A stretch of DNA of 63,627 bases, the filler included, from an uncultured Myxococcia bacterium (GTDB taxonomy: Bacteria; CAZTWC01): assembly GCA_964617105.1 (NCBI GenBank). It is 3 parts of 3 records of this genome, joined end to end, with 100 filler letters (N's around TTAATTAATTAA, not from the genome) between each part and the next. Parts side by side here need not be neighbours in the genome. Positions count along the whole stretch, not along the records: positions 1 to 24,504 come from CAZTWC010000020.1; 2 more parts are not named here. The stretch is one strand, 5' to 3'. The notes beneath the pieces are model-generated. The model was not told the origin of the DNA, did no database searches, and saw only the letters and a program-made list of their open reading frames with translations. Below are positions 10,793 through 21,283 of this stretch, piece by piece; the first letter of the stretch is position 1, and the number at the start of each line of letters is the position of its first letter. The translations under genes and the position numbers were made by a program.

Positions 10793-10877
10793 TGGTGCGA
10801 GAGGGGGGACTTGAACCCCCACGAGTAACCTCACTGGATCCTAAATCCAGCGCGTCTGCCATTTCCGCCACTCTCGC
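10793..10877 (-). tRNA. tRNA-Leu (anticodon TAG), CCA encoded
   Basis: Reverse complement reads GCGAGAGTGGCGGAAATGGCAGACGCGCTGGATTTAGGATCCAG...GGGGTTCAAGTCCCCCCTCTCGCACCA: cloverleaf with long variable arm. Confidence 0.97.
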
Positions 10878-10897
10878 CCAATAGTGCTCTGGATGGA

Positions 10898-10926
10898 ATT
10901 GTAAAGATAAGAGTTCAGTTTGTCAA
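10898..10926 (-). promoter_or_regulatory. Sigma70 promoter for tRNA-Leu (probably also the radical SAM gene)
   Basis: TTGACA-17 nt-TACAAT about 20 nt upstream of the tRNA 5' end. Confidence 0.8.
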
Positions 10927-11062
10927 TTGGAAATTGTATAGAGCAGTTTCATTGTTGTATTAAAAATAGAAATTTATCTTGACGATTGAACCTATTGGTG
11001 TTAGTGTTTATCAGATTATACAAAGCATTTGCATATAAGACTCGCGTTAAGGGGAGGCGAAA

Positions 11063-11551
11063 GTGAAAATAGAACAAATCGATACTTTCATTGAACCCAT
11101 GCTCAACACCTTCAAACAGGAAGCAGGAATCGAGTTAAAAGAACAAGAGAGACACTTTGAATCCAAACTCGCTTCATCTTCCCTTATTACAGTGTTGGTG
11201 GGTATTTCCGGTCGGCTGCAAGGCGTGGTGACATTTAGCTACACCAAAGATGTAGCATCGAAAATCATATCCAAAATGACCAACAGAGAAGATATTGGCG
11301 ATCTTGATGAATTAGGCCGAGACTGCCTCTGCGAACTGGCCAATATAGTGGTGGGAAATTCCACGGTTCAATTTTATAATGCCGGTGTCAAGTGTAATAG
11401 TTCTCCACCTACAATTATTATTGGCGGTGAAAATTCAACTCTTTGCATCCAAAATGTGGAGAAAGTCACGGTTATCCCTTTTGACTCCGAATTCGGCATT
11501 ATTCACATGAACTTAGCCATGCTTGACATCGAAGAGATGCTTGCCAGTTAG
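11063..11551 (+). CDS. cheX: Chemotaxis phosphatase CheX family
   Basis: VGISGRLQG and LCELANIVVGN (ExxN) motifs, PPTII; GGAGG RBS. Confidence 0.85.
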   Translation: MKIEQIDTFIEPMLNTFKQEAGIELKEQERHFESKLASSSLITVLVGISGRLQGVVTFSYTKDVASKIISKMTNREDIGDLDELGRDCLCELANIVVGNSTVQFYNAGVKCNSSPPTIIIGGENSTLCIQNVEKVTVIPFDSEFGIIHMNLAMLDIEEMLAS

Positions 11552-11658
11552 TGCCCGTCCTTAATTCCCCCTTCTTCGCTCTAGATCAACTGCTTTACCA
11601 ATAATCAAATTGTATTTTTTCTCTTTTTTTACCATCTTAATCCCGGTGGGATCTAAAA

Positions 11659-12879
11659 TTGATACTTCACTTTGACTGCCCGTCTGGTGCCAGCGGCGAC
11701 ATGATACTAGCCTCCCTTTTGGATCTTGGCTATAGCACTGCTCAACTGGAAAAAGATATAAAAAGTTTTCTGGGTGACCTTCCTTTTACTCTGGAAATAA
11801 CTACCCAGGAACGCCATCAACTGTTTGGCAAAAAACTGTCGGTAAACACGCCTGTTCACAACCATAAACACCGCACCTTTAAAAGTATTGCCCAAAAATT
11901 GGAAAACTCTCGATTACCTGAACAAGTATGGAAAAACAGCCTCCAAACCTTTGAAAGAGTGGCCCGGGCTGAAGCCAGAATACACGGCACAACCATCGAT
12001 AAGGTCTCTTTTCACGAAGTGGGCGCCCTTGATTCAATAGTAGATATTGTGGGCGTCATGTTATTAGTTGATATGATAAATCCAGACCATATCAGTTGTT
12101 CACCGCTTCCTCTGGGGAGAGGGTTTACCCGGTGTCAGCATGGTAATATTCCTCTACCAGCTCCCGCCACCCTGGAGATCCTCAAAGGTGTGCCAATAAA
12201 GGGGGAAAATGTGGATGAAGAGATGACTACCCCCACTGGAGCGGCCATATTACGCACCCTGAGTAAATCTTTTGGACCAATACCTGCCATGCAGATAGAT
12301 ACCATTGGCTATGGAATAGGAAGCAGTAACTTTAAATGCCGTCCCAATATTTTACGTTCCCTGAAAGGGCAAAAGATCCCGAAAACAGATCCCCCTTCCC
12401 CTGGAGATGAGGTACTTTTTCAACTGGAGAGCAATATAGATGACTGTACTCCGGAAATTATTGGACAGGTAGTGGAACAAATTTTCCACACCGGGGCCCT
12501 GGATGCCTGGACAGAAAACATTGTTATGAAAAAAGGACGGCCGGCGGTGAAACTGTGCGCTCTGGCCAGAGAAGATAAATTGGCGCCGATAACAGAAGTG
12601 GTATTTAAACATAGCAGTTCTTTAGGGTTGAGATATCACCGGGTTTTAAGAAATGCCCTGGATAGAAAAGAGATTTTAATTACCACTTTATGGGGGAAAA
12701 AGGTAAAAGTGAGGGTAAAGGTGGGTATCCTGGCCAACCAGGTGGTAAATATCAAACCAGAGTATGAAGATTGCCTGCAAATAGCCAAAAAAATGGACAA
12801 GCCATTAAAAGAAATTATCCTGGCTGTTAAAGCAGAAGTTATCCCCAGGATTTCTGCTTCTAACTTGACAAAAAAGTAA
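11659..12879 (+). CDS. larC: Nickel pincer cofactor Ni-insertion protein LarC
   Basis: DCPSGASGDM, FHEVGALDSIVD, HGNIPLPAPAT, TTPTGAA, KPEYEDC motifs. Confidence 0.92.
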   Translation: MILHFDCPSGASGDMILASLLDLGYSTAQLEKDIKSFLGDLPFTLEITTQERHQLFGKKLSVNTPVHNHKHRTFKSIAQKLENSRLPEQVWKNSLQTFERVARAEARIHGTTIDKVSFHEVGALDSIVDIVGVMLLVDMINPDHISCSPLPLGRGFTRCQHGNIPLPAPATLEILKGVPIKGENVDEEMTTPTGAAILRTLSKSFGPIPAMQIDTIGYGIGSSNFKCRPNILRSLKGQKIPKTDPPSPGDEVLFQLESNIDDCTPEIIGQVVEQIFHTGALDAWTENIVMKKGRPAVKLCALAREDKLAPITEVVFKHSSSLGLRYHRVLRNALDRKEILITTLWGKKVKVRVKVGILANQVVNIKPEYEDCLQIAKKMDKPLKEIILAVKAEVIPRISASNLTKK

Positions 12880-12940
12880 AAAGGACTAAACTATCAAAGC
12901 ATAGTAGATAATATATGTTATGAGCACAATTGAGTAAACT

Positions 12941-13243
12941 GTGAAAAAAACTTTCCAGATATCAATACAAGGTTTAAATTTTTCTATTGCCAGCAGTGAT
13001 GATGAAGAACACATCCGCGATCTGGTTAAATATCTAAACCATAAAATGGAAGAGATCAAAAGTAAAACCAAAACCAGCACTACTCAAAATTTAGCCATAT
13101 TATCCGCTTTAAATATAGCCGATGACTTTTTGAAATTAAAACGGCAACATCAAGGATTAAAACAAGATATTAATAACCAGTTAGAAAGGGTCTCATATCA
13201 AATAGATAATTATATCAATGGTGAGGTTGACAACTCTCAGTAA
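12941..13243 (+). CDS. zapA: Cell division protein ZapA
   Basis: LAILSALNIADD motif plus C-terminal coiled coil; classic position upstream of 6S RNA and rny. Confidence 0.85.
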   Translation: MKKTFQISIQGLNFSIASSDDEEHIRDLVKYLNHKMEEIKSKTKTSTTQNLAILSALNIADDFLKLKRQHQGLKQDINNQLERVSYQIDNYINGEVDNSQ

Positions 13244-13295
13244 CACTATCTATAACAGTCTGTAATTGGCTTTTATATATTTTTTTAACATGTTA

Positions 13296-13486
13296 TACCC
13301 CCTGTATTAGACGAAACGAAGAAGGATTAATTGAACCAACACTATTAATCAGGGAGTTATCCCTTAGTGGACAGCGCAAGCCCTCATTATTTATAATGAG
13401 AAGGACGTAAAAGCCATTAATATGACGCCCACCTTGTTTACAAGGTTCGCCAAACTTCTTTATATTTACGCTAACAGCGGGGGGTT
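13296..13486 (+). ncRNA. ssrS: 6S RNA
   Basis: ~190 nt between zapA and rny; ends pair (CCCCCTGT / ACAGCGGGGGG); internal GAACC/GGTTC, GGGAG and CCCACC elements; followed by a terminator. Confidence 0.85.
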
Positions 13487-13491
13487 CCTAT

Positions 13492-13529
13492 AAAGGGTTG
13501 TCAACTTGCGTTGACAACCCTTTTTTTTT
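13492..13529 (+). terminator. Rho-independent terminator after 6S RNA
   Basis: AAAGGGTTGTCAAC-TTGC-GTTGACAACCC followed by T9. Confidence 0.9.
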
Positions 13530-13618
13530 GCGAGTAATGAGAGCGGCGCATCTGCGGCGTCCGTCACCGTATTGGGATGGGCTTTTATATATATTTTATA
13601 TTTTAAAGGAGAACTATT

Positions 13619-15163
13619 GTGGAGAATATATGGATTTTCATTGCTCCGGTTTTAGCCGGCATTGTCGCTTTAATACTGGGGATATTGCTCCAAAAAAAGA
13701 GGGCGGAAAATGACATTTTACTGAGCAAACAAACTGGGCAAAAAATTGTTGCCGATGCGCAAAATGAGTCAAAAAGTATTGTTAAGATGGCAGAGATTGA
13801 TGCCAAAGATTATGTTTATAAAGCAAAAAACGATTTTGAAAACGAATGTAAATCCAGGCAACAAGACCTTCAGAAACAAGAGAAGAGGCTAATTTCCAGA
13901 GAAGAAAATGTAGATCGCAAACTGGATCTCATCGACAGAAAAGAGTTGGATATTATCAAGCGTGATAACAAACTGAACAAACGGGAGCACTACTACGATA
14001 AAAAACAAACGGATTTATCAAATAAACTAGAGGAAGTTTGCCAGCAATTGGAAAAAATTTCGGGTATGACTCAGTCTGATGCCAAACGGGAATTGATTAA
14101 TAACCTGGTGGATGAGGCCAAACACGAGGCTGCCAAGCATATTAAACAAATTGAGGATGAAGCCAAAGAGCAGGCGGATCGCAAGGCAAAAGATGTAATT
14201 GGTCTGGCCATCCAACGATATGCGGGAGAATATGTTTCAGAAAGAACGGTATCAGTGGTGGATTTGCCCAATGACGAGATGAAAGGCAGGATTATCGGCC
14301 GGGAGGGACGTAATATCAGGGCCCTGGAGTCAGCTACCGGGGTTGATTTAATTATTGATGATACTCCCCAGGCAGTGATTATCTCCAGTTTTAATCCGAT
14401 TCGCCGGGAGGTAGCCCGTCTGGCGCTGGAAAAATTGGTGACCGATGGGAGAATTCATCCGGCCAGAATAGAGGAAATCGTAAACAAAACCAGTCAGGAA
14501 GTTAGCCAATTTATAAAAGAGATGGGAGATAAAGCTACTTTTGACCTGGGACTGCACGGTATCCACCCGGAATTGATTAAATATTTAGGACGGCTTAAAC
14601 TGAGAACCAGCTTTGCCCAAAATCAATGGCAGCATTCTATTGAAGTCGGTTTTCTGTGCGGAATTATGGCGGCTGAACTGGGAATTAACCAAAAACATGC
14701 CAAACGGGCCGGACTTTTACACGATATTGGCAAAGCCATAGATCACGAAGTGGACGGGTCTCATGCGGTTATTGGAGCGGAATTGGCCAAAAAATATGGC
14801 GAATCCCCCAAAATAGTCCACGCTATCAGGGCCCATCATGAAGATGAAAAGCCCAACAGTTTGCTGGCCGTTATGGTGCAGGCTGCCGATGCCCTCTCCG
14901 GAGCCCGGCCGGGAGCCAGGCATGAAGCGCTGGAAAGATATGTGTCCAGGCTGGATGACCTGGAAAAAATATGCAAGAGTTTCAATGGAGTGGATAAAGC
15001 CTATGCCATCCNNNNNNNNNNAGCTAGCCCCAAGGTCTCCGATAATGATGTGGTGGTGTTGTCTAAAAATATCGCCCAAAAAGTTGAAACCGAATTAACC
15101 TATCCCGGGCAAATTAAGATTACTGTAATAAGGGAGACCAGAGCAGTGGAATATGCTAAATAG
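13619..15163 (+). CDS. rny: Ribonuclease Y (10-N scaffold gap at 15012-15021)
   Basis: N-terminal TM, coiled coil, KH motif ([13 protein letters not shown]), HD motif (LLHDIGK), [12 protein letters not shown]. Confidence 0.96.
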   Translation: MENIWIFIAPVLAGIVALILGILLQKKRAENDILLSKQTGQKIVADAQNESKSIVKMAEIDAKDYVYKAKNDFENECKSRQQDLQKQEKRLISREENVDRKLDLIDRKELDIIKRDNKLNKREHYYDKKQTDLSNKLEEVCQQLEKISGMTQSDAKRELINNLVDEAKHEAAKHIKQIEDEAKEQADRKAKDVIGLAIQRYAGEYVSERTVSVVDLPNDEMKGRIIGREGRNIRALESATGVDLIIDDTPQAVIISSFNPIRREVARLALEKLVTDGRIHPARIEEIVNKTSQEVSQFIKEMGDKATFDLGLHGIHPELIKYLGRLKLRTSFAQNQWQHSIEVGFLCGIMAAELGINQKHAKRAGLLHDIGKAIDHEVDGSHAVIGAELAKKYGESPKIVHAIRAHHEDEKPNSLLAVMVQAADALSGARPGARHEALERYVSRLDDLEKICKSFNGVDKAYAIXXXXASPKVSDNDVVVLSKNIAQKVETELTYPGQIKITVIRETRAVEYAK

Positions 15164-15188
15164 GTCGAGATTACTCTGGAGAAATTAG

Positions 15189-15989
15189 TTGAAAATACTA
15201 TTTATTGGCGATGTGGTAGGTAAGCCAGGTAAAAATACCCTGAAACAACTCTATCCGCACCTTCTGGATAGATATAACATCGACTTTTCGATTGTTAATG
15301 CGGAAAATGTTGCCGGCGGGATGGGCGTTACTCCCAAGTTGGCCAAAGAGATTCTTAACCTGAAAATAAACTGCCTTACCAGCGGCAATCATATCTGGAA
15401 AAAGAGAGAGATCATCCCTTTTTTAGATGAAGAGGGAAAGATCTTAAGACCTGCCAACTATCCTGCCGTCGCTCCTGGACGGGGGTATAAAATCTTCACC
15501 ACCAACGAATCTATCAATGTTTGCGTTATAAATCTGGAGGGACGAATATTTATGCGTCCTCTGGACTGCCCCTTTAAGACAGCCTCCGAAATCATCTCGT
15601 CTCTGCCTCCCCTGGTAAATATAATTATAGTTGATTTTCACGCCGAGGCTACTAGTGAAAAACAAGCTATGGGCCGATACCTGGACGGCAAGGTAACAGC
15701 GGTTCTGGGCACCCATACTCATGTGCAGACCGCTGATGACGTTATTTTACCGGGCGGCACCGGCTATATTACCGATGTGGGTATGACTGGCGGCGCCAAA
15801 TCGATAATTGGCATGACCATCAGAGCGGGTTTGGCCAAGATGCTATCCCAACGGCCGACCAATTTCGAAATCAGCAATGAAGAACTTCGAGTTCAAGGCG
15901 TAGTGGTTGAGGTTGAAAAGAAGAACGGCAAGTGTCTATCGATAGAGCGGATTTCCTTACCTTTAGAGGAGTTCGGTAATATACCTTAG
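15189..15989 (+). CDS. ymdB: YmdB-like metallophosphoesterase (TIGR00282)
   Basis: GDVVG, TSGNH, DFHAEATSEK, GTHTHVQTAD, TDVGMTG; follows rny. Confidence 0.93.
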   Translation: MKILFIGDVVGKPGKNTLKQLYPHLLDRYNIDFSIVNAENVAGGMGVTPKLAKEILNLKINCLTSGNHIWKKREIIPFLDEEGKILRPANYPAVAPGRGYKIFTTNESINVCVINLEGRIFMRPLDCPFKTASEIISSLPPLVNIIIVDFHAEATSEKQAMGRYLDGKVTAVLGTHTHVQTADDVILPGGTGYITDVGMTGGAKSIIGMTIRAGLAKMLSQRPTNFEISNEELRVQGVVVEVEKKNGKCLSIERISLPLEEFGNIP

Positions 15990-16065
15990 ATTAGCTTGAA
16001 AATTACTATGAATTAATGGTATAAAATTCAAAAATTTGTTGGTGTTCATTATAGGATCGATTTTA

Positions 16066-16929
16066 ATGAAACTAATCTATCTTTTTCTATCGCTATTTCT
16101 GTTATTTTCCATCTCTGTTCAGGCTGATCAAACTGGCCGGACTATCATTGACCATGAAAAACCAGGACAGCGAATATTTGCGCCTGGTGATATAAACGAC
16201 CGTCATTGCCTGTTTTGCCACGCGGACCCTACCCTCCACCAACCCCAGGCCGGAGGGGGAGTAAAAAGCCTTTACGTGGACAAAAAAGGCTGGATGATAG
16301 ATATTCACAACCGCAACCAGTTATCTTGCGTTGATTGCCACCAGGGCTTTACACCATACTCTCACCCTATGGGCAAAAGCAGTGACAGTCAAGTGGACTG
16401 TCTGAAATGCCATGCTGAAGTTTCCTTTTCCCACCCCAGCAAAGCCCACCAGGATGCCCAACTCAATAATGTAGCCGATGCACCTCAATGCTATGATTGC
16501 CATAATAAACACCGGGTTATTGAAGCCGAAGACAGCAACTCCTCTGTAAATCCGGCCAATTTACAGTCTACCTGTGGTCAATGCCACTCCCAGGCGTCCA
16601 GCCGGGATGGTTTTAGCGGCTTATTGCTGTTCAATTTTTCCGGCCACAAAAAAGGCAATGCTGCCGAAGATTATGACCAGTCAAACTGTTTCAAATGTCA
16701 CCAGAAAGACTTGCCTCCCGATAACCGGTATGGACATAACAATAAATCCCAGTGTATCAATTGCCATTCGCCGCAAACTACGGTTTCAAATATGCGCCGT
16801 ATGCACCCCAACCAGGATGGTACCAATCAATACGAATATCTCTTAAGGCTGTTTCTCAACCTGGGAGGGCTGCTATTATTAGGCGGTGCTTTGACTTTGG
16901 GTGTATTTAAATGGAAATTTTCAAAATAG
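16066..16929 (+). CDS. Periplasmic 7-heme cytochrome c with C-terminal membrane anchor
   Basis: Signal peptide; CxxCH x7 (CLFCH, CVDCH, CLKCH, CYDCH, CGQCH, CFKCH, CINCH); C-terminal TM. Confidence 0.88.
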   Translation: MKLIYLFLSLFLLFSISVQADQTGRTIIDHEKPGQRIFAPGDINDRHCLFCHADPTLHQPQAGGGVKSLYVDKKGWMIDIHNRNQLSCVDCHQGFTPYSHPMGKSSDSQVDCLKCHAEVSFSHPSKAHQDAQLNNVADAPQCYDCHNKHRVIEAEDSNSSVNPANLQSTCGQCHSQASSRDGFSGLLLFNFSGHKKGNAAEDYDQSNCFKCHQKDLPPDNRYGHNNKSQCINCHSPQTTVSNMRRMHPNQDGTNQYEYLLRLFLNLGGLLLLGGALTLGVFKWKFSK

Positions 16930-16940
16930 GACTTTAAAAA

Positions 16941-18092
16941 TTGAAATTACCTAGTATCTTTACCCCAAGACAACTCCTTTTCAGCGGTTGGGTGATATTT
17001 CTACTTTTGTGCCTGTTGCCGCTGGGCTATACTGCCGCTATGCGTCTGTTAACCAATCAGGAATTGTTTGGCACCACCCAGTTGGTGCCTTTAGGATTAT
17101 TGATCTCCAATTACATGTTCTTTGTGGTAACCAGCACCGGTCTGTGTTTTCTCACCTCTTTCGGCCATGTCTTTGGCATCCACCGCTATGAAATTATTGC
17201 TAAAAGAGGGGTGTTTTTAGCCATTGTCACTCTAGTTTGCGGATTTATCTCCATTGGAATGGAGGTGGAACATCCATTTCGCTTAATGGTCTACATGGCA
17301 GTTACCCCCAATTTTACCGCCCCTATTTTTTGGATGGGACTCTTCTATACCCTCTATCTGGTGCTGCTGATAATAGAACTTGTCCTCCTCTTCAAAGGTA
17401 GCATCAAATACGCATTTTACGTGGGGCTGCTGAGTTTTGTCTGTGATATGGCGGCCAACAGTTGCCTGGGTTATGTATTGGGTTCTCTATCTGCCCGTCC
17501 CTTTTGGTACGGTCCCTATTTGCCAATAATTTTTATTGTTTCCGCCTTTGCTTCAGGAGCCGCATTTTTACTTTTTGCCACCTATGTCGCCTTTTATGCC
17601 AAAAAAGAACCCTTGCCCGAAAAATTGGCATCTTTAACCGGAGAGATCGGGCGCTTACTGGTAATGTTCCTGGGCGTGATGGCCTTTTTTATACTCTGGA
17701 AAGTTATAAGTTCCCTATACGGTTCGCCGCCTAACCGCTATGAAGCGATTATGGCCATGTTGACCGGACCTTTGGGCGTACGTTTCTGGTTTTTCGAAGT
17801 GTTGCTGGGTTTGGCTATTCCCATGGGATTGCTAATCTGCAAACGTAATTTGTTCACGGTTCTGATCGCTTCGGTTTGTTCCCTGGTGGGATTGTTTATC
17901 TGGCGGTTAGACGTGGTTTATTCAGGGCAGATGATCGAGTCTTACAGCCGATCTCTGGCTCAATATTCCCCCTCTGCTTACGAGTGGTTTGTGGTGCTGG
18001 GCTGTGTAGCCCTCTGCGCCCTTCTGACTACCCTGGGAGAGAAGTTTTTACCCCTCAATTCTCCTATCGAATCTTGTGAAGATAAGGGATGA
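16941..18092 (+). CDS. nrfD: NrfD/PsrC-family membrane anchor (quinol-interacting)
   Basis: ~10 TM helices; VPLGLLISNYMF, EHPFR, ARPFW, RLDVVYSGQ. Confidence 0.88.
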   Translation: MKLPSIFTPRQLLFSGWVIFLLLCLLPLGYTAAMRLLTNQELFGTTQLVPLGLLISNYMFFVVTSTGLCFLTSFGHVFGIHRYEIIAKRGVFLAIVTLVCGFISIGMEVEHPFRLMVYMAVTPNFTAPIFWMGLFYTLYLVLLIIELVLLFKGSIKYAFYVGLLSFVCDMAANSCLGYVLGSLSARPFWYGPYLPIIFIVSAFASGAAFLLFATYVAFYAKKEPLPEKLASLTGEIGRLLVMFLGVMAFFILWKVISSLYGSPPNRYEAIMAMLTGPLGVRFWFFEVLLGLAIPMGLLICKRNLFTVLIASVCSLVGLFIWRLDVVYSGQMIESYSRSLAQYSPSAYEWFVVLGCVALCALLTTLGEKFLPLNSPIESCEDKG

Positions 18093-18735
18093 GATTGCCA
18101 ACAGTGCCAAAGTGGTGATACAAGTGAAAAAAGAGTGGAAAAAAAGATATGTAATGCTTATCGATCTCAGCCGTTGCACCGGTTGTTCTACCTGCTCTAT
18201 TGCCTGCAAAAGTGAAAATGACGTACCCCTGGGATGTTTCCGTACCTGGGTAAACCAATATGAAAAGGGTAACTTTCCGGTAGTAAACCGTTTCTTTCTG
18301 CCTCTTATGTGCAACCAATGTGATAATCCACACTGCGTTAGGGTTTGTCCGGTCAAAGCCTCTTTTCAGAGAGATGACGGGATTGTAGATGTCAATCCCC
18401 ACACCTGCCTGGGCTGCAAAATTTGCATGGTCTCCTGCCCCTACAATATGCGCTACCTGAATCCGGAACGCCGTTACGTGCAAAAATGTAACTTTTGTCT
18501 CCACCGGCTAGATAAAGAGATGAAACCTGCATGCGTTGAAGCCTGTCCTTCTCAAGCCCTGATTTTTGGTGATATTCAAGATAAAAACAGCCGGGTCAGC
18601 CAGATGATTAGATCTAAAAATACTCAAAAGATCAAAGTAGAGTCTGGAACCGGCCCCCAGGTATATTACCTCCATCTGGATCAGGATACGGTAGTAAAAG
18701 GTGAAGGAGTCAGAAATACCGGGATAGTAATTTAA
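18076..18735 (+). CDS. NrfC/PsrB/TtrB-type 4x[4Fe-4S] electron-transfer subunit (start uncertain)
   Basis: CTGCSTCSIAC, CNQCDNPHCVRVCP, CLGCKICMVSCPY, KCNFC..PACVEACP. Confidence 0.92.
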   Translation: MKIRDEIANSAKVVIQVKKEWKKRYVMLIDLSRCTGCSTCSIACKSENDVPLGCFRTWVNQYEKGNFPVVNRFFLPLMCNQCDNPHCVRVCPVKASFQRDDGIVDVNPHTCLGCKICMVSCPYNMRYLNPERRYVQKCNFCLHRLDKEMKPACVEACPSQALIFGDIQDKNSRVSQMIRSKNTQKIKVESGTGPQVYYLHLDQDTVVKGEGVRNTGIVI

Positions 18736-18784
18736 GAATGAAAAAAATTTCAACCTAAAAACAACGTTTACGTTTGGAGTTTAA

Positions 18785-21280
18785 ATGCTTGAAATAAGCA
18801 GACGTAATTTTTTATTGATGACCACCGGGCTTGGTGCTTCCCTCTGTTTTGACGGCGCTACTTACGGCTCTCTCTCCAAAAACGGAGCTGTGTCCCGAGG
18901 CAGTTCGCGCCAATTGCTTCCTGTGCCTACCACTTGTGGTGAGTGCCCCAATTTCTGCAGTTTAATATGTTACCTGCACGAGGGCCAGATACACAACATC
19001 ATGGGCAATGAACAGCACCCTTTGAGCCGGGGCAAACTATGCGCCCGGGCCATAGCCGGAGAAAACCTGCAAAATGATACTGAGAGAGTGCTGTATCCTC
19101 TCCGCCGCAAAGGACCCCGAGGCGCCAAGGGAGGGGCTGATTGGGAGAGAATCGGCTGGGATGAAGCTTTATCCGAGATTTCCGGAATAGCAGCAAATTC
19201 ATCTAACCGGGAATTTGGCATCTCTATGCTAACCGGGGCAAACTCCTTGATTCTACCTGGCCTGGCGGCTGCCCAAAAGAATATCAGCCTGTTGTTGGAA
19301 GAAGATTTCAGCCAATTGGCGGCTCTGCAGCAAGAGATGAGTATCTACGGCGCACCTTGCTTTCCAGACCTGGAAAAGTCCAAGTTTATCCTCAACTTCG
19401 GTGCCAATCCTCTAACCGGTGGCGACCACTTTCCTACTGCAGCGGGTCTGCTGGTAGATAGGTTGAGCCGGGGTAAACTGAGGATGGTCACCTTTGATCC
19501 CCGCCTCTCCAACACTGCGGCCAAGGGAAATTGGATGCCCATTATACCCGGTACTGACGGAATAGCGGCCTTGGCCATGGCCCAGGTTATTCTGCGGGAA
19601 AATCTACATGACCAAAATTTTATCCAACAGCATGTAAATATTTCCAGCCAGGCACTCCAGAGTTATCTAAAAGATTTTGAACCCAGGCGGGTAGAAAATA
19701 TCTGCGGAATCCACCATCAGGCTCTGGAAAAAATAGCCCAGGAATTTGCCTTAACAAAAAGGAGTTTGGCGATAATCGGCGGCGGTGCTCTTAAAAACAG
19801 CCGGGGACAGGAAAGCAAACGCTGCCTGGAGATTCTCAATATTATCTGCGGAAAAATAGACCAAAAAGGCGGCCTTATTATTAACCGGCAGTTGCCCTGG
19901 CTCAAGAGTTTGGGTCTCGATAATCTCCTGCAGTCCTCTTATGAACAATCCAGTAATCAATATAAAAGTTACAACTCCTTTCTGGAGCATATCACCACCA
20001 AAAAAGGGAAAACCGATCTCTTAATGGTGTTAAATGCCAATCCTCTATACCAACATCCCCATAGGTGGCAGGATCTACAAGCCCTGGCGGAAAAAGAGAG
20101 GGTAGGACGACTGGTGGTATTTGATACTCATATAACCGAAACCGCCTTAATGGCCGACTTGATACTGCCCGCTGCCACCTGGCTGGAGAGTTGGTCCTTG
20201 AAATGCAACCAACACAGCAATGGCAATACCTACCTTAATTTACAACAACCAGCCGCCCAGGTTATGGGTCAAACCGCCTATTTAAAACAGTTAAGGCAAA
20301 AAATCGGCAATTTGCAGTTTCCAGGGACAAAACCCCGGGGTCAAAGTATATCTTTGGATGATCTCCTGCTAAAGATGGCCAGACGGATTGCCCTTAGGAG
20401 TAAAAACTCAGCCCTGGCTGCGCTGGCAAACTATAAAAACAGTCGGGATTTCCTCTTCTCTCTGGTAGATTCATCCAAAGAGTTACGTCGGCACGGCGGT
20501 ATGTCCAGCCTGCGCCAAAAGGGATTTATTGAACTTAAAGCCCCGGGACAATCTTTTAAAAAATTTCCCACTCCAGATAGCAAAATTGCCCTTCCCCTGA
20601 CTAATAAAACCGCTCCCAGAGTTTTGAGCGGGTATAAAAAACTGGGCCAGGAGATGAAAAGTTACGCCAGTTCCACTGATATTGCTCCGGGAATGCCGAC
20701 CGAAAAAACCGGCGGACAAAGACCCTCTCCGGCCAACTCTTCCACAATGGCCCAGGCTGGTGGAGCCAAAGGTAGATCAAAAAAAGATATCCGTACTATT
20801 AAGATGGATAATTTGCCCTTCCTGAAAGATAGCAGCCTATGGTTAAAAAATCATCAACTGGGCAAGAGCGAAGCCTTTATGGTCACTTTTCGGGGACCTT
20901 TGGCCAGCAACCAAACTTTCAACCGAAAATGGCTGGCCGAATTTGGCCGTTTTAACCCTCTGTGGATTAACAGCGACTTTGCCGCCACCTTAAAAATCAA
21001 AACCGGAGACCAGGTGGTGGTGGAAACCAATCATGGTAAATTTGAGGTCACCTGCCGCACCTCCCAGGCTATTATACCCGGAGTGGTGGCTCTGGCCGAA
21101 GGTTTTGGGCACAGCGCCTGTGGAAAAATATCCCAGGCCACCCCCTATAAAAGTGCTGATCCTGATACCCACTTAATATGGTGGCAAAAAACCGGCAACG
21201 GGGTAAATCCAATTCAATACCTCACCAGAAAACAACGGGATCTATTACCAGGAAACAAAGTCATTATAAGAAAGGTCTAA
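18785..21280 (+). CDS. Tat-exported molybdopterin oxidoreductase catalytic-type subunit (Psr/Ttr/Arr-like, divergent)
   Basis: SRRNFL Tat motif; CGECPNFC..LCAR Fe-S motif; DPRLSNTAAK, PGTD, TETALMADLILPAATWLE. Confidence 0.85.
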   Translation: MLEISRRNFLLMTTGLGASLCFDGATYGSLSKNGAVSRGSSRQLLPVPTTCGECPNFCSLICYLHEGQIHNIMGNEQHPLSRGKLCARAIAGENLQNDTERVLYPLRRKGPRGAKGGADWERIGWDEALSEISGIAANSSNREFGISMLTGANSLILPGLAAAQKNISLLLEEDFSQLAALQQEMSIYGAPCFPDLEKSKFILNFGANPLTGGDHFPTAAGLLVDRLSRGKLRMVTFDPRLSNTAAKGNWMPIIPGTDGIAALAMAQVILRENLHDQNFIQQHVNISSQALQSYLKDFEPRRVENICGIHHQALEKIAQEFALTKRSLAIIGGGALKNSRGQESKRCLEILNIICGKIDQKGGLIINRQLPWLKSLGLDNLLQSSYEQSSNQYKSYNSFLEHITTKKGKTDLLMVLNANPLYQHPHRWQDLQALAEKERVGRLVVFDTHITETALMADLILPAATWLESWSLKCNQHSNGNTYLNLQQPAAQVMGQTAYLKQLRQKIGNLQFPGTKPRGQSISLDDLLLKMARRIALRSKNSALAALANYKNSRDFLFSLVDSSKELRRHGGMSSLRQKGFIELKAPGQSFKKFPTPDSKIALPLTNKTAPRVLSGYKKLGQEMKSYASSTDIAPGMPTEKTGGQRPSPANSSTMAQAGGAKGRSKKDIRTIKMDNLPFLKDSSLWLKNHQLGKSEAFMVTFRGPLASNQTFNRKWLAEFGRFNPLWINSDFAATLKIKTGDQVVVETNHGKFEVTCRTSQAIIPGVVALAEGFGHSACGKISQATPYKSADPDTHLIWWQKTGNGVNPIQYLTRKQRDLLPGNKVIIRKV

Positions 21281-21283
21281 AAT

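Noticed and set aside
11659-12879. A nickel-trafficking cluster of larC with hypA/hypB
   Set aside because: They are on different contigs, and no larA/B/E or hydrogenase genes are in view
15012-15021. Apparent loss of the QAGRE segment in rny, and the similar break in the kinase at 62680-62689
   Set aside because: Both coincide with 10-N scaffold gaps of unknown true length
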